64,000 nt of DNA from Octopus sinensis (GCF_006345805.1 NW_021833289.1:13729-77728), one strand, 5' to 3'. Positions 25,355 to 38,721 are shown, numbered from the stretch's first letter. The notes: generated from the letters alone by a model not told the origin. Numbers and translations: made by a program.

Positions 25355-25399
25355 TCTGTGTATCATGATTTCTGGGTTATTTCCCTTCACCAGCACAGA
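25355..25399 (-). ncRNA. Minimal type I hammerhead motif with A6>G change
   Basis: Minus strand: TCTGTG CTGGTGA A GGG-aaataa-CCC A GAAA T-CATG-A TA CACAGA; 6-bp stem I, palindromic stem III. Confidence 0.6.
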
Positions 25400-26389
25400 A
25401 TAATTGTTCGACTAGAGGTGGGGCTGCCAAATTCCCATTCGAAATATGTAGTTTTTTAAGTGACAACTAGTCACTGATTTATAAATTAGAAAATTACTAT
25501 TTTTAAAATCTCTTCTTTGGCAATGTCCTGCTATTTATATTATGACTTCTCTACCTCAAGGCTAAGCCTTGGCACTTGCCACCATCTGTATCTCTCTCTC
25601 TCCTCCTTTACTCAACCATCCCATTTATATTCTGATAGCTGTCGCTTGGGAGTAAGCCTGGCACTTTGCCACCATCTCCCTCCTGTGCTTTCTTGCACTC
25701 TTACTGCCTCCTACTCTCTCTCTCTCTCTCTCTCTCTCACTTGACCATCCCATTTATATTCTGATCCCTGTCCCATGTGAGTATGTCCAGCATTTTGCTA
25801 CCATCTCTCTCTTACACGCCTGCTGTCTCCCACTCTCTCTCACTCTCCTTCTCCTGCTCTTCCCTCAGGCTGCGTAACCCTGCATCACCTTTACAGCAGC
25901 AAACCCATTTTCTGCCATCATTCTTGATCACTCTTTCTCTCTCTCTCTCTCTCTGACCAGGTAACCATGCACCTCTTCTACAGCAAGGCACCTGTTTCTG
26001 CCTCTCTGTCTCACCCTAACCTTTCAGCATCCGACACAAGATCCCCTCCTCCAATGCTCCTTCCCCTCTCAAAGGATCTTTGTCTTGCAAACCTGCCAAT
26101 GCTGCTGCCATGTAAAACCCAACCAGTCCACACTCTAAAGCGGTTGGCATTTGGAAGGGCATCCAGCTGTAAGAAACCATACCAAAACTGACCTCGCCCG
26201 TGCTTGTGTCATGTAAAAAGCAACCAGTCCACTCTGCTGGGTGGCTGGTGTTAGGAAGGGTATCCAGCCGTAAAAACCCAGCCAAAACAAACACAGAAGT
26301 CGGGTGCAGGCTCCTGCTTGTTGGCACCTGCCAAACCATCCAACCCATGTGAACATGGTAGGTGGATGTTAAATGAGGAAGACGACGAC

Positions 26390-27265
26390 AATGACCATCA
26401 TCATCGTCATCATTTAACGTCTGCTTTCCATGCTGGCATGGGTTGGATGGTTGACTGAGGTCTGGCAAGTCAGGAGGCTGCACCAGGCTTCAATCTAATC
26501 TGGCAAAGTTTCTACAACTGGATGCCCTTCCTAACACCAACCATTCCGAGAGTGCAGTGGGTGCTCTTTATGTGCCACTGGCATGAGTGCCAGTCAGGTG
26601 GCACTGGCACTGACCATGCTCGAATGATGTTTTTTATGTGCCACCAACACAGGTGCCAGTCAGGCAGCACTGGCATCGACCATGATCTAATGGTGCCTTT
26701 TACATGCCACTAGCACAGGTGCCAGTCAGATGACACTGGCATTGGTCATGCTCGAATGATGTTTTCTACATGTCATCAGCCCTGGTGCCAGTCGGGCAGC
26801 ATTGGCACTGACCATGCTTGAATGGTACTTTTTACACGCCACCCCACCGGCATGGGTACCAGTCAGGCGGAACTGGCATCCAACATGCTCCAATGCTGCC
26901 TTTTAAATGCCACCAGCATGGGGGGGGGGGTCAGTCAAGCGGTCATGGCATTGGTCACACTTGAATGGTGGTTTCTACATACCTATTTCTTTATCACCCA
27001 CAAGGGGCTAAACACAGAGGGGGCAAACAAGGACAGACAAAGGGATTAAGTCGATTACATCGACCCCAGTGCGTAACTGGTACTTAATTTATCGACCCCG
27101 AAAGGATGAAAGACAAAGTCGACCTCGGCGGAATTTGAACTCAGAACGTAACGGCAGACAGATTATGGCTACGCATTTCGCCACCACCAGCACAGGTGCC
27201 AGTCAGGCGACACTGGCATCGGTCACACTCGAATGATACCTTTTACATGCCACCGGTACGCATGT
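26390..27265 (-). mobile_element. Family C copy with ~7-8 tandem units, interrupted by a SINE B (26985-27180)
   Basis: ~65-bp periodic units; SINE B splits one unit. Confidence 0.8.
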
Positions 27266-27351
27266 CAGCCAGATGATAGTAGAAAATTGCACAAAAAGCA
27301 GAAGACGGAGCCAGGTGAGGCAACAACGAACAGGATGTATTAGTTTGACAT

Positions 27352-27652
27352 TCATCCAACCAAAATGCAAATATATGGGAAACTACCACCTGTGTCATCT
27401 CTTGTGAAAGGTAGGAGAGTCCAGTTTGCTGGACATTGTTGTAGAGCTGAAAAAGAGGTAATTTCTACTCTTCTCCTCTGGAAGCCATCTACTCGCAATA
27501 CCAGAGGGCACAAACTCTCGTACCCTGATGTAATCTCCAGAGATACAGGCATCCAGCAACAGAACCTCCGTAATGCCATGATGGACCGTGAAGTCTGGCG
27601 TAGCATGGTAAATTCCATTGTCTCGACCACGGTCGAACAATGATGATGATGA
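27352..27652 (+). pseudogene. 5'-truncated RTE-clade LINE, ORF C-terminus
   Basis: HPTKMQIYGKLPPVSSLVKGRRVQFAGHCCRAEKEVISTLLLWKP...LRNAMMDREVWRSMVNSIVSTTVEQ*, running into a (TGA)n tail; second copy at 53820-54070 (-). Confidence 0.85.
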
Positions 27653-28146
27653 TTGACATTCAGCAAAACTGGAAGAGTCGTGTGTGTGTGTGTTGACACA
27701 GATCTACATTATACAGCAGTCTGTTAATGGGTGATGCTCCATACAACATCCCAGCCAGTCCTCAGTCAACCTTCCTGACTCTCCACACCCTTTCCGTATT
27801 ATTCAATAAGTTCTTCTCATTGGACAATAAGTTCTCAGCTTACATCCATTCATTCCAATTACAATCACATGAAATCCATATGACAAGATGGACATACACA
27901 GAGATATAATTAATTGTATGTTACCATAGCAACATGCCTTTAATTAGGATGATGGTTTGCGTAAATAATTTCATTAATTAACAATGACAGTTTTGTAATA
28001 TCCGTCAAATGTGGTATCTGAAGTAATAATGAAACGATTATTGTGGATGTGTGGATATGTGGATGTATGAGTTACTTATGTCCTTTCGATTGAGAAGTTA
28101 CGTTTGCAACCAACAGATCCTGAGTTCAATCCCCCTGCATGTTATA

Positions 28147-28287
28147 TAAGGTTGTCCCAAAAGTTTGTAGAAAGTCTTGGAAAATAATGGTCTTTATTTT
28201 GAGGAATAATTTTTGTTGTTTTTGTTAGTACTTGGCGAGTAAAAATTCAATTTTCGCAAGTGTTTACGAACTTTTGGGACAACCTAA
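28147..28287. mobile_element. 141-bp mariner-type MITE
   Basis: TA|TAAGGTTGTCCCAAAAGTT ... AACTTTTGGGACAACCTAA|TA. Confidence 0.8.
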
Positions 28288-28421
28288 TATTTTATCTTTT
28301 ATCTATGTGTGCGAGTCATTGTGTCTGTGTTTGTCCCCCACCACTCCTTCAAAACTGGTGTTGGTTTGCTTACATCCCTGTCATTTGATACTTCAGCAAA
28401 AGAAACAGAGAGACTAAATCA

Positions 28422-28870
28422 TCATCATCATCGTTTAAAGTCCGTTTTCCATGCTGGTATGGGTTGGACGGTTTGACCGAGGGCTGGCAAGCCAGAAGGC
28501 TACTACACCAGGCTCCAATCTGATCTGGTAAAGTTTCTACAGCTGGATGCCCTTCCTAACGCCAACCACTCCGAGAGTGTAGTGGGTGCTTTTTAAGTGC
28601 CACCAGCATAGGGGCCAGTCAGGCAACACCGGCATCGACCACCTCAAATGATGCTTTTTACGTGCCATCAGCATGAGGGCCAGGCAGGTAGTACTGGCAT
28701 CAACCATGCTCAAATGGTGCTTTTTACGTGCCACCAGCATAGGGGCCAGTCAGGCAGCACCAGTATCAACCACGCTCAAATGGTGCCTTTTACGTGCCAC
28801 CAGCATAGGGGCCAGTCAGGCAGCACCAGCATCAGCCACGCTTGAATGGTGCTTTTTACGTGCCACTGGT
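28422..28870 (-). mobile_element. Family C copy with five tandem units
   Basis: (CAT)n tail, core and periodic units. Confidence 0.8.
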
Positions 28871-29479
28871 CCAGGCTTTACAAAACAATAAGTTCTGGAG
28901 TTGATTTATTCAACTAAAAATTCTTCAAGGCAGTGCCCCAGCATGACCACAGTCTAAGGACTGAAACAAATAAAAGAGAAAAGAATTGTGAAAGCCTGCC
29001 ATATGGAAACTGTAAGGAAGCCCATCAAATTGTTTCTGTCCATGAGGGTACTTTTGATACGCTTAACATCCCCAAGTAGACCTTCAGCTGTCTTTAAAAG
29101 GGTTCACTCTGTTGCAAGTGTTGGGTCCAGGTCTCTGGTTCTAATAATAACTCCCTCCACTTCTGCTGCACAGGTCATCATGGACCCTAAAAAGGGTCAT
29201 AGCCCTGACCTTCATCTTCTGAGTAAATCATGTGTAAAAATTAAAATGAAAACAAGGAAAAAGACCCAGGTCAGCCCTCTATGATGTCAGGTGTTCCAGC
29301 CATGACCATCCCCTACTATCTTAAGAGATTGTATATGGGACTGCAATATCAAAGCAGTAACATGTCCTTGCTTCTTTTCAATATAGTACAATGTAATTAA
29401 GGGGGAAATTTGGTTGCTATTTCTAGCAAGCCTCTTTGGCTCACTTGTGATTGGCTGGTTGATACAATGACTCTACTGT

Positions 29480-29516
29480 TACCACCACCACCACCACCAC
29501 CACCACCACAATAACG

Positions 29517-29584
<68 letters not shown>

Positions 29585-29719
29585 ACCCACCACTACTGCT
29601 GCCATCATCATTGTAATCATTAGCACCACCACCACCACTTTGACACTACTATCACCACTACCATGAACATAGTTTCTTACCACTAGTCACAACCCATTCT
29701 CCACCACCACCACCACCAT

Positions 29720-29770
<51 letters not shown>

Positions 29771-29790
29771 CGCTACCACCATTACTACTT
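29480..29790. repeat. (CTA)n/(CCA)n microsatellite
   Basis: Directly visible. Confidence 0.9.
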
Positions 29791-30114
29791 TCCCTACTAT
29801 ATAACTAACGACATTGAACTGTTGCTTCAGTCCAAACTAAAACTGCACTAAACAAGTAATTATCAAGGTTTTAATTAGTTTGGGTAATTAGATTAGAGAG
29901 AGGGCAAGACGAAGAGAAGGGGGGGAAGACAGAGAGAGAGGGGGGTGGGGACACAGACAAGGAATTCAGGCTTCACTTGCTGCATAACATTATACACACA
30001 CAAACACACACACAGAGACAGACAGACAGATAGATAGATAGATAGATAGATAGATACATACATACATACACACACACATATATATAGAGATATAAAGATA
30101 GATTGATAGATAGA

Positions 30115-30146
<32 letters not shown>

Positions 30147-30247
30147 TAGATATATACATACACACACACATATAGATATAAAGATAGATAGATAGATATA
30201 TACATACACACATATAGATATAAAGATAGATAGATAGATATATACAT

Positions 30248-30278
<31 letters not shown>

Positions 30279-30333
30279 GATAGATAAATTGATCAAAATA
30301 AAAATAAAAATAAAAACATGAGGCGAAGGATTC

Positions 30334-30413
30334 AGCGGTACATATGTTTCGGGCCTTTATTAGACAGATACATAACAAATCATAATGTATGTCTGTGGCC
30401 TTCTTCAGCCGCT
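30334..30413 (-). ncRNA. Mirror-image hammerhead ribozyme in the left arm
   Basis: Exact reverse complement of 30674-30753. Confidence 0.75.
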
Positions 30414-30673
30414 CACAACAGCTTCCACAAGGACATGTGTTAGTTCCGAAATTCTTGGCTGGGGATGCAAATCTTCTCGTTCCCGTACGACAAAATGCGG
30501 CAGCAGCATCGAATTGAATCGTCCATCTCCTTCTTCTCTCAATGTAGAGAGAAGAAGGAGATGGACGATTCAATTCGATGCTGCTGCCGCATTTTGTCGT
30601 ACGGGAACGAGAAGATTTGCATCCCCAGCCAAGAATTTCGGAACTAACACATGTCCTTGTGGAAGCTGTTGTG

Positions 30674-30753
30674 AGCGGCTGAAGAAGGCCACAGACATAC
30701 ATTATGATTTGTTATGTATCTGTCTAATAAAGGCCCGAAACATATGTACCGCT
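30674..30753 (+). ncRNA. Type I hammerhead ribozyme in the right arm of the palindrome
   Basis: AGCGG CTGAAGA A GGCC...GGCC C GAAA C-ATAT-G TA CCGCT; 5-bp stem I, extended stem II, GUA triplet, predicted cut after 30748. Confidence 0.75.
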
Positions 30754-30888
30754 GAATCCTTCGCCTCATGTTTTTATTTTTATTTTTATTTTGATCAATT
30801 TACTCCACCACCTACACCACCTAACGGTATACACAGGTGCTTATAATTATCAAGTACTCACCCCGAATTTCTACACTCAACTCACTAT

Positions 30889-30925
<37 letters not shown>

Positions 30926-31954
30926 CAGACAGATATACACATACACAAAAACACACACACATATATATACGCCACTACCATCACCACCACCATCATCATC
31001 ATCATCATCATTGTCTGAGACTACTTATTCCAACCACAACTGTCAGTATTATTATAAACACTGCTATTGATGTCTAAATTACTTTCTCCTCCGCACACAA
31101 ACGTGACTGTACAGAATCTAATAACAAACTAACTGCTCTCAGAGGCACTCTCATGCTACTTCATAAACAAACTGTATTTGTGCATGTCTCTCTGGAACTG
31201 AGGTTGTTTAGCCCTAGGTGAGCCCCTTACAGACTTGATCTGTAGATAAAGGTGTTCCAGTCACGACCAATGGAGCTCTGGGCCCCATTACAGAATACCC
31301 AAAGAGAATAATGAAAGTAACATAGATTCAGTAATTGTATTTCAGCAGTGAAATATTCATATAGTTCCCGTTCACTAATAAATGCTTGAAAAGATAAGAA
31401 GTTTGCTTCAGAGTTATAAGATCCTGGATTTCATTCTACTGCATGATATCTTCAAAGACTTGGGTAGACCCCAGGCTTTTTCACTGAATTTGCATAGATG
31501 GAAACTGTACTGAAGTCCTTGGATGGATTGTATCTGAAATTCAAAGACCTGGCCTTCTCATATATGCTGAATCAGCTTGATGTCTATGGAATACTCAGCC
31601 AATTGTTAATTCAATAAATAGATATACTTCTTTATTACAGCCAAGGGTTTATATAAGTGTATATGTACATGTGTTTATATGTTTATGTGTATGCACATAT
31701 ATACATAACCACACACACACACACGCACACGCGCACACACACACACGCGCATACACGCATACACACACACATATATATATTATATTTTATATTAAATTTT
31801 TTTTTTTGAGCTTTACAACTCGTAATCAATTTATTTGTACTGTTACGTTTTTTTAACAGAAATTTCCAACATTTTTTAACATACTAATAAATTATTCATA
31901 CATCCATTTTTTATATCTCCATTTTCTTTTATTCAATATTGATAATATATATTA

Positions 31955-32340
31955 AGGTGGCAAGCTGGCAGAAACGTTAAAACGCTGGGTGAAATGCTTA
32001 GCGGTATTTCGTCTGTCTTTACGTGAAGGCGGCGAGCTGGCAGAAACATTAGCATGCCGGTGAAATGCTTAGAGGTATTTCGTCTGCCGTTACGCTCTGA
32101 GTTCAAATTCCGTTGAGGTCGACTTTGTCTTTCATCCTTTCGGGATCGATTAAATAAGTACCAGTTACGCACTGGGGGTCGATATAATCAACTTAATCCG
32201 TTTGTTGTCCTTGTTTGTCCTCTCTGTGTTTAGCCCCTTGTGGGTAGTAAAGAAATAGGTATTTCGTCTGCTGCTACGTTCTGAGTTCAAATTCCACCGA
32301 AGTCTCGACTTCATCCTTTCGGGATCGATGAATTAAGTAG
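31955..32340 (+). mobile_element. SINE family B, tandem/partial copies
   Basis: Duplicated heads, core and a repeated B-box segment. Confidence 0.8.
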
Positions 32341-32999
32341 CAGTGGTGGTGGTGATGGTGATGGTGATTGTGGTGGTGATGGTAGTGGTGGTGGCAGTGA
32401 TGATGGTGGTGATGGCAGGGGTGGTAGTGGTGGTGGCAGTGGAGGTGGTGGTGGTGGGCGTGAAGGGGGGTACATGACAGCATCCGCCATTCCACGCAGA
32501 AGAACTTATTTTAAGTGAACAGCGTTGGGAATTGTACAAGAGGCCCCTAAATTAAAAGACCATCTGTTGGAAGTCATTGTTGCAGAGAGATGATGTTAGT
32601 TACCATAACAACAAGGGGATAACACTGACATCATTGACATTTCTGATGAGTGGCAGGGGTGGTGGTGGTGGTGGTAGAACGGGGTGAGGTGATGGGGGCT
32701 GGGTATATTTCCTGACCCCGGGATGGGGTTAATCTTGTGGCAGAACTAAATGCTACCCCTGCTCATTCATTGACCCAGTTTATCTGAGTTGACCCTAATG
32801 AGATTCGAATGCCTTACACCTTCAGTTTGGAATGCTAATTTGGCAAAATAAAATGTTTAAGAAATTATTAATTAGTGTCAGTTTGTAATTAATTAATTTT
32901 GTAGTCCCCAAGTTTGACTGTAAGGAAAATGGTGTTGAAGAAACACTTGTAGAATATGGGATGGTATTTACCACTCATAATGGATACCATTGCTACTTG

Positions 33000-33725
33000 A
33001 ATCACACACACACACACACGCACACACACGTACACACACACATGCACACACATACACACACACATATACACACACACACACACACATATTTATACACACA
33101 TATGCACACACACACACACACACACAAGCACATACCCACATACATACACACACATTCGCACACACATGCACACACACATACGCACACATATGCACACACA
33201 CACACACATATGCACACACACACATACACATACACACACATATGCACACACACACACATAGATGCACACACATACACATACACACACTTACACACATGCA
33301 CACACATATGCACATACACACACACACACACACACACGCATACACATACAGGCATGGTTGTGTGGTTAAGAGGTTTGCTTCCTAACCACATGGTTCCAGT
33401 TTCAATCCCACTGCATAGCACCTTGAGTGTCTACCCTATAAGCTGCATACTGGGGTCAATCTAATCGACTGACCCTGCTCCCCAGAAATTTCGGGCTTGT
33501 GCCTAGAGTAGAAAAGAATAGTAAAGAGATGGTGTGAATATAATAAGCTAACACACCCCCATTAAAATTGCTGGCCTTGTGCCAAAATTAGAAAGAATTG
33601 GTGTGGGCAATGCCAAATCAAGTTTTTCTGACAAAAGATGATTCAATGTCAGTCTATCTGTCCCGTCTATCTGTCCATCTGTCTGTCTATCTGTCTGTCT
33701 GTCTGTCTATCTCTCTGTCTGTCTA

Positions 33726-33756
<31 letters not shown>

Positions 33757-33994
33757 GTCTGTCTATCTGTCTGTCTATCTGTCTGTCTGTCTATCTATCT
33801 ATCTGTCTGTCTGTCTATCTGTCTGCCTATCTGTCTGTCTATCTGTCTGTCTATCTGTCTATCTTTCTATCTATCTGTCTATCTGTCTGTCTATCTGTCT
33901 GTCTGTCTGTCTGTCTATCTGTCTGTCTATCTGTCTGTCTATCTGTCTGTCTGTCTATCTGTCTATCTATCTGTCTGTCTATCTGTCCCGTCTA

Positions 33995-34076
<82 letters not shown>

Positions 34077-34085
34077 CTCTCTGTC
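33000..34085. repeat. (AC)n tract (33000-33345) and (TCTG/TCTA)n-(CT)n tract (33650-34085)
   Basis: Directly visible. Confidence 0.9.
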
Positions 34086-34233
34086 TCTATCTTGAGGCAG
34101 TATTTGGTTTTAGGTACATTATAACCGTGGGGATTGATAAGGAAACCAAAACAATCTTGGGCAGGGGTGGGAGGATTCAAAAGTAAACTTGTCTGTCCTG
34201 AGTTAGCAACCTAAAACCAAGGATTCCCTATCG

Positions 34234-34265
<32 letters not shown>

Positions 34266-34361
34266 CACCTTTTGACACATCTCCCTATCACCACCATCTT
34301 TCTTTATCTCCCAACTTTCTTCAACACTTAAGTTGTATAACCTGCAACGAATATTGAATTC

Positions 34362-34487
34362 TTAATGAACACATCTTCTTGAGATTACTGCAGCAGCAGC
34401 AGCAGCAGCAGTGGTGGTGGTCAGATTGGGAGCACCAAGTTGTTGATAGTACTGTTGTTGTTGTTGCTGCTCTCTAACAACATGCAT
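34362..34487 (-). CDS. Candidate short ORF or first coding exon: MHVVREQQQQQQYYQQLGAPNLTTTTAAAAAAA(VISRRCVH*)
   Basis: AAAATG start context; strong minus-strand acceptor (T-rich ...GTGTCAG) near 34740; weak donor GTAATC after 34389. Could equally be trinucleotide repeat in non-coding DNA. Confidence 0.2.
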   Translation of the reverse strand: MHVVREQQQQQQYYQQLGAPNLTTTTAAAAAAAVISRRCVH

Positions 34488-34810
34488 TTTTTTTCAGAGA
34501 TATATTTTTTTTTAAAAAGCGGGGGGTGGGGGTGGGTGGCTTTGCAATCTCTAGAGGGGGGGAGGTCAAGAAAGGTTAACTTTCAACTCCTGTCAAAAGA
34601 AGATAATATTCTCTTGTGTTCTTCTTCTTCGCGGCTGTCAGTCTGTGTTCCCAGCATGCATTGCAGCGTACTTGATGTTTAGAAGAATCGGAGAATATCA
34701 AAAGTCAAACATCCACAGTCATCATCATTCAAAGCAGTCTTCCTGACACACAAGGAAAGAATAAAAAAAAAAAATAACCAATCACCACCACCACCAACAA
34801 CAACAACAGC

Positions 34811-35215
34811 AATGGAGGCGCAATGGCCCAGTAGTTAGGGCAGCAGACTCGCGGTCGGAGGATCGCGGTTTCGATTCCCAGACTGGGCGTTGTTTGTGTT
34901 TATTGAGCGAAAACACCTACAAGCTCCATGAGGCTCCAGCAGGGAGTGGTGGCGACCCCTGTTGTACTTTTTTTGCCCCCAACTTTCTCTCACTCTTTCT
35001 TCCTGTTTCCTGTCCCCCGACTTCCTACGCAACCGCTGAGCCTTGATGCGCATTCATCCATCTGTTGATGCTCTAGGTGTCGAGGGGGTTGACCTGCTCT
35101 CTCTTCTGTGAGTCTTACGAATAGCAAAGGACCACATTTCGGACTTCTACAGACAATCCTGAGGCATGATCTTGCGAGCTCTGGGACGAAGACCGCTTCG
35201 CTCAACAAACAAACA
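34811..35215 (+). mobile_element. SINE family D head with an alternative GC-rich body
   Basis: Head as at 10341; sequence diverges from the D body after ~35010. Confidence 0.65.
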
Positions 35216-35694
35216 GCAACTAGGCTTACAAAGAATAAGTCCTGGGGTTGATTTGTTCGACTAAAGGCGGTGCTCCAGCAAATCCACTCTCAAGGCTTTG
35301 GTCAGCCTGGGGTTATAGTAAAAGGCGCATACTCAAGGTACCATGCAGTGGAATTGAACCCAAAACTACGAGGTTGGAAGCATACGGTTTTCACAGAGCC
35401 ATACCACCTGCTCTGATTTGTCTGTAACAACATCTGTCTCCATGTTTCATGTTATCCCAACTACCTCCATGTTTATCATCTTAACCCATACATGCCCCCC
35501 ACCGCCGTTGTATAATTAGCTGCCCTAATGCAGGCGTGGCTGCATGGTAACAAGTTTACTTCCCAGCCACATGGTTCTGGGTTCAGTCCCACAGAGTGGC
35601 ACCTTGGTCAAATGTCTTCTATTATAGTCTCGAGTCAACCAAAACCTTGTTGAGTGGAATTGGTAGATGGAAACTGAAAGAAGCCCGTCATAAA

Positions 35695-35727
<33 letters not shown>

Positions 35728-36200
35728 ATGTGTGCACATGTGTGGTCAGGGAATTCGGATCCCAATTGTACAGTTGTGAGTTTGAACCCTGGCAACACAC
35801 ACTGTCCTTGAGCAAGACTCTTTATTTCATGTTGCTCCAGTGCATTCACCTGGCAAAAATGTGTTGTACCTGTATTTGAAAGAGCCAGCCTTGTCACATT
35901 CTGTCATGCTGAAACTTCCTTCGAATATTACTACGTATGTCTGTGGAGTACTCAGCCACTTGCATGTTAATTTCATGAGCAGGCTGTTTGTTCTGTTGAT
36001 CGAACCAACTGGAACACACATTGTCATAACTGACAGAGCATCAGCTTTACTCATGAGTGATGGTTAATCTTTTATAGAACCAACTGGAAACCAAACCAGT
36101 TATTCCAACTGGTTAGTAAATCTAGAAAAGACATCAGCACAAAATGGCTACTGTTACTGAAAATAGCAGCTGACATATCTAACGACCAAAGACAACATAA

Positions 36201-36603
36201 TCTTTATATATAAAAGTGAGGTTGTGTGCTGTCTGTCTCCTACGATTTAGATTCCTAACTACTCCCACATTTTGTGGTGCAGTTTAACCAAAACCGGGTA
36301 TCTTATAGTCGTGATTCATATCGAGCCCTTCTGGGTATTAGCGTGCGTCTACGATGAGTCTATGATTTAAAAAATAATTTACCATCATTTTTTTCGATTT
36401 TAATGCATTTTTTCGCTATTATATAAGGGAAGTAACTCTCTAAAAATGTCTACGATGAGTCAACGATTTAAAAAAAAATTTAACATAATTTTTTTTTCCA
36501 TTTTTAATGCATTTTTTTTGCTATTTTTTGGCTATAACTCTCTAAAAATGCTTATATAGTTATTTCCCATACAAACCCGAGCAACGCTGGGCGATACTGC
36601 TAG
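36201..36603 (+). mobile_element. Non-autonomous Helitron (subfamily H1)
   Basis: A|TCTTTATATATAAAA ... CCCGAGCAACGCTGGGCGATACTGCTAG|T; no TSD; homologous to 43078-43478. Confidence 0.85.
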
Positions 36604-36754
36604 TTATTTATATAAGAAACAAGTTTCCACCAAGCAGAGGCATTGCATTGGAAATATAAAGATTTTTGAATTCAAATTTATTCAAACAGAACTGAATAAA
36701 TTGCAAATTTTGTGTTAAATATGGGAAACAAAATACAAGATTTAATACTCTTAA

Positions 36755-37278
36755 TGTTTTACTCTTTTACTTGTTTCAGTCATTTGACTGTGGCCATGCT
36801 GGAGCATCTGCCTTTATTCGAGGAAATCGACCCCAGGATTTATTCTTTGTAAGCCTAGTACTTATTCTATCAGTCTCTTTTGCTGAACCGCTAAGTTACG
36901 GGGATGTAAACACACAAGCATCATTTCTCAAGCGATGTTGGTGGGGACAAACACAGACACACAAACATGTCATCATCGTCATCATTTAACGTCCGCTTTC
37001 CATGCTGGCATGGGTTGGACGATTTGACTGAGGACTGGTAAACCAGATGGCTGCATCAGACTCCAATCTGATCTGATATGTATATATACACATATATTTA
37101 CGTATGCATATATACGACAGGCTTCTTTCAGTTTCCGTCTACCAAATCCACTCACAAGGTTTTGGTTGGCCCGAGGCTATAGTAGAAGACACTTGCTCAA
37201 GGCACCATGCAGTGGGATTGAACCCAGAACCATGTGGTAGGTAGGGAAGCTACTTACCACACAGCCACTCCTGCGCCT
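36755..37278 (-). mobile_element. SINE family A interrupted by a family C 3' fragment (36968-37075)
   Basis: Tail 36755-36965 and head 37115-37278 flank the (CAT)n-tailed fragment. Confidence 0.75.
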
Positions 37279-37550
37279 ATACTCCAGAATAGTATATAAA
37301 TCACGGTCAGAGTCAAATATAGTAGAAAGGAGATTTGGTGTGCCAGGGTCCATCCTTTGGGTATATTGGTCCCTTAAAAAGAGGACTTAGTGGACAGAAA
37401 CAGACAGAGAGAATGCGAAGAAGGACTTGTGGAAAGTAGGAGGAGAAGGTGGCAATAAAGAGCTTGTGTGACTGTGGTTAAGAAGCTTGCCTGGCAACCA
37501 CGTGGTTTTTGGTTCAATCTTACTATACAACACCTTGTGCAAGTATCTTG

Positions 37551-37817
37551 ACTGGCTTCCGTGCCTGTGGTACGTAAAAAGCAGCAGCCGATCATGGCCG
37601 TTGCCAGCCTCCCCTGGCATCTGTGCTGGTGGCACGTAAAAAGCACCCACTACACTCACGGAGTGGTTGGCGTTAGGAAGGGCATCCAGCTGTAGAAACA
37701 CCGCCAGATCAGACTGGAGCCTGGTGCAGCCTCCTGGCTTCCCAGACCCCGGTCGAACTGTCCAACCCATGCTAGCATGGAGAACGGACGTTAAACGATG
37801 ATGATGATGATGATGAT
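37551..37817 (+). mobile_element. Family C copy (two units)
   Basis: Units, core and (GAT)n tail. Confidence 0.8.
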
Positions 37818-38319
37818 GTGTTTGTCTTTGGAATGTTTTACCATAAGTTTCTAGGGTGAAAGAGCACAGTATAGTATTGTATCAGAAAGAGGAAGTCATT
37901 TGGTGAGCAGGAGTAAAGTTGTGATGGTGAGACTAAGTGACTAATGTAACTTTTAAAGTTTCCTTTATTTTTTCTTTTCTTTTTTTTTTGTTTTGAAATA
38001 TTCAGAAAACAGGAAATAATATAAAAACTGGTGGGGGGTGGGGTGGAATGTTTAGATTTCTCTTCGACCAAATATCTGTCATTTTTGATATATATATTTT
38101 GATAAACAATGAACTGTACTAAATGCCAAGCGTACCCGCACCCCAACTCCCTGTGAGGGTGGGGGCAAAATTAGTTTTAACGGGTGTGAAGGAGACTCCA
38201 GGTTATGTTTTAGTTTTAACAGCTGTTTATAAAAATGTTAGCTTGAGATTAAGGGGTGTATAAAGGGAACAGGATTTAGTTTAGACAGATTAACAGGTGT
38301 ATATTAGGGTATGTATACA

Positions 38320-38465
38320 TACACATATACACACATACCCATATACCCACCTACGTACATACATATATATATATATACATATACATATATATATATTATA
38401 TATATACATATACATATATATATATATATATATATACATATACACACATATATATATATACATAT

Positions 38466-38537
<72 letters not shown>

Positions 38538-38641
38538 TGTATATATATGTATGTATACATATATATGTATATATATATATGTATACATATATATGTATAC
38601 ATATATATGATATATATATGTATATATATAATATATATATA

Positions 38642-38672
<31 letters not shown>

Positions 38673-38690
38673 CATATACATATATAGTAT

Positions 38691-38721
<31 letters not shown>

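Larger units (their letters stand above)
30285..30802. repeat. Perfect inverted repeat: 256-bp arms (30285-30540, 30547-30802), 6-nt spacer AATGTA
   Basis: I found no mismatch comparing the arms by eye; the ORF track shows the same peptide on both strands. Confidence 0.95.

Noticed and set aside
28988-29284. 98-aa plus-strand ORF and a minus-strand acceptor giving EDEGQGYDPF*
   Set aside because: No recognisable homology; the readings conflict and no consistent exon chain could be built.
29893-30846. 269-aa (-) and 153-aa (+) ORFs with identical N-termini
   Set aside because: A by-product of the palindrome; no recognisable domain, and the longer one runs into microsatellite. Alternative frames in the arm (e.g. 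EKKEMDDSIRCCCRILSYGNEK...) are also unassigned.
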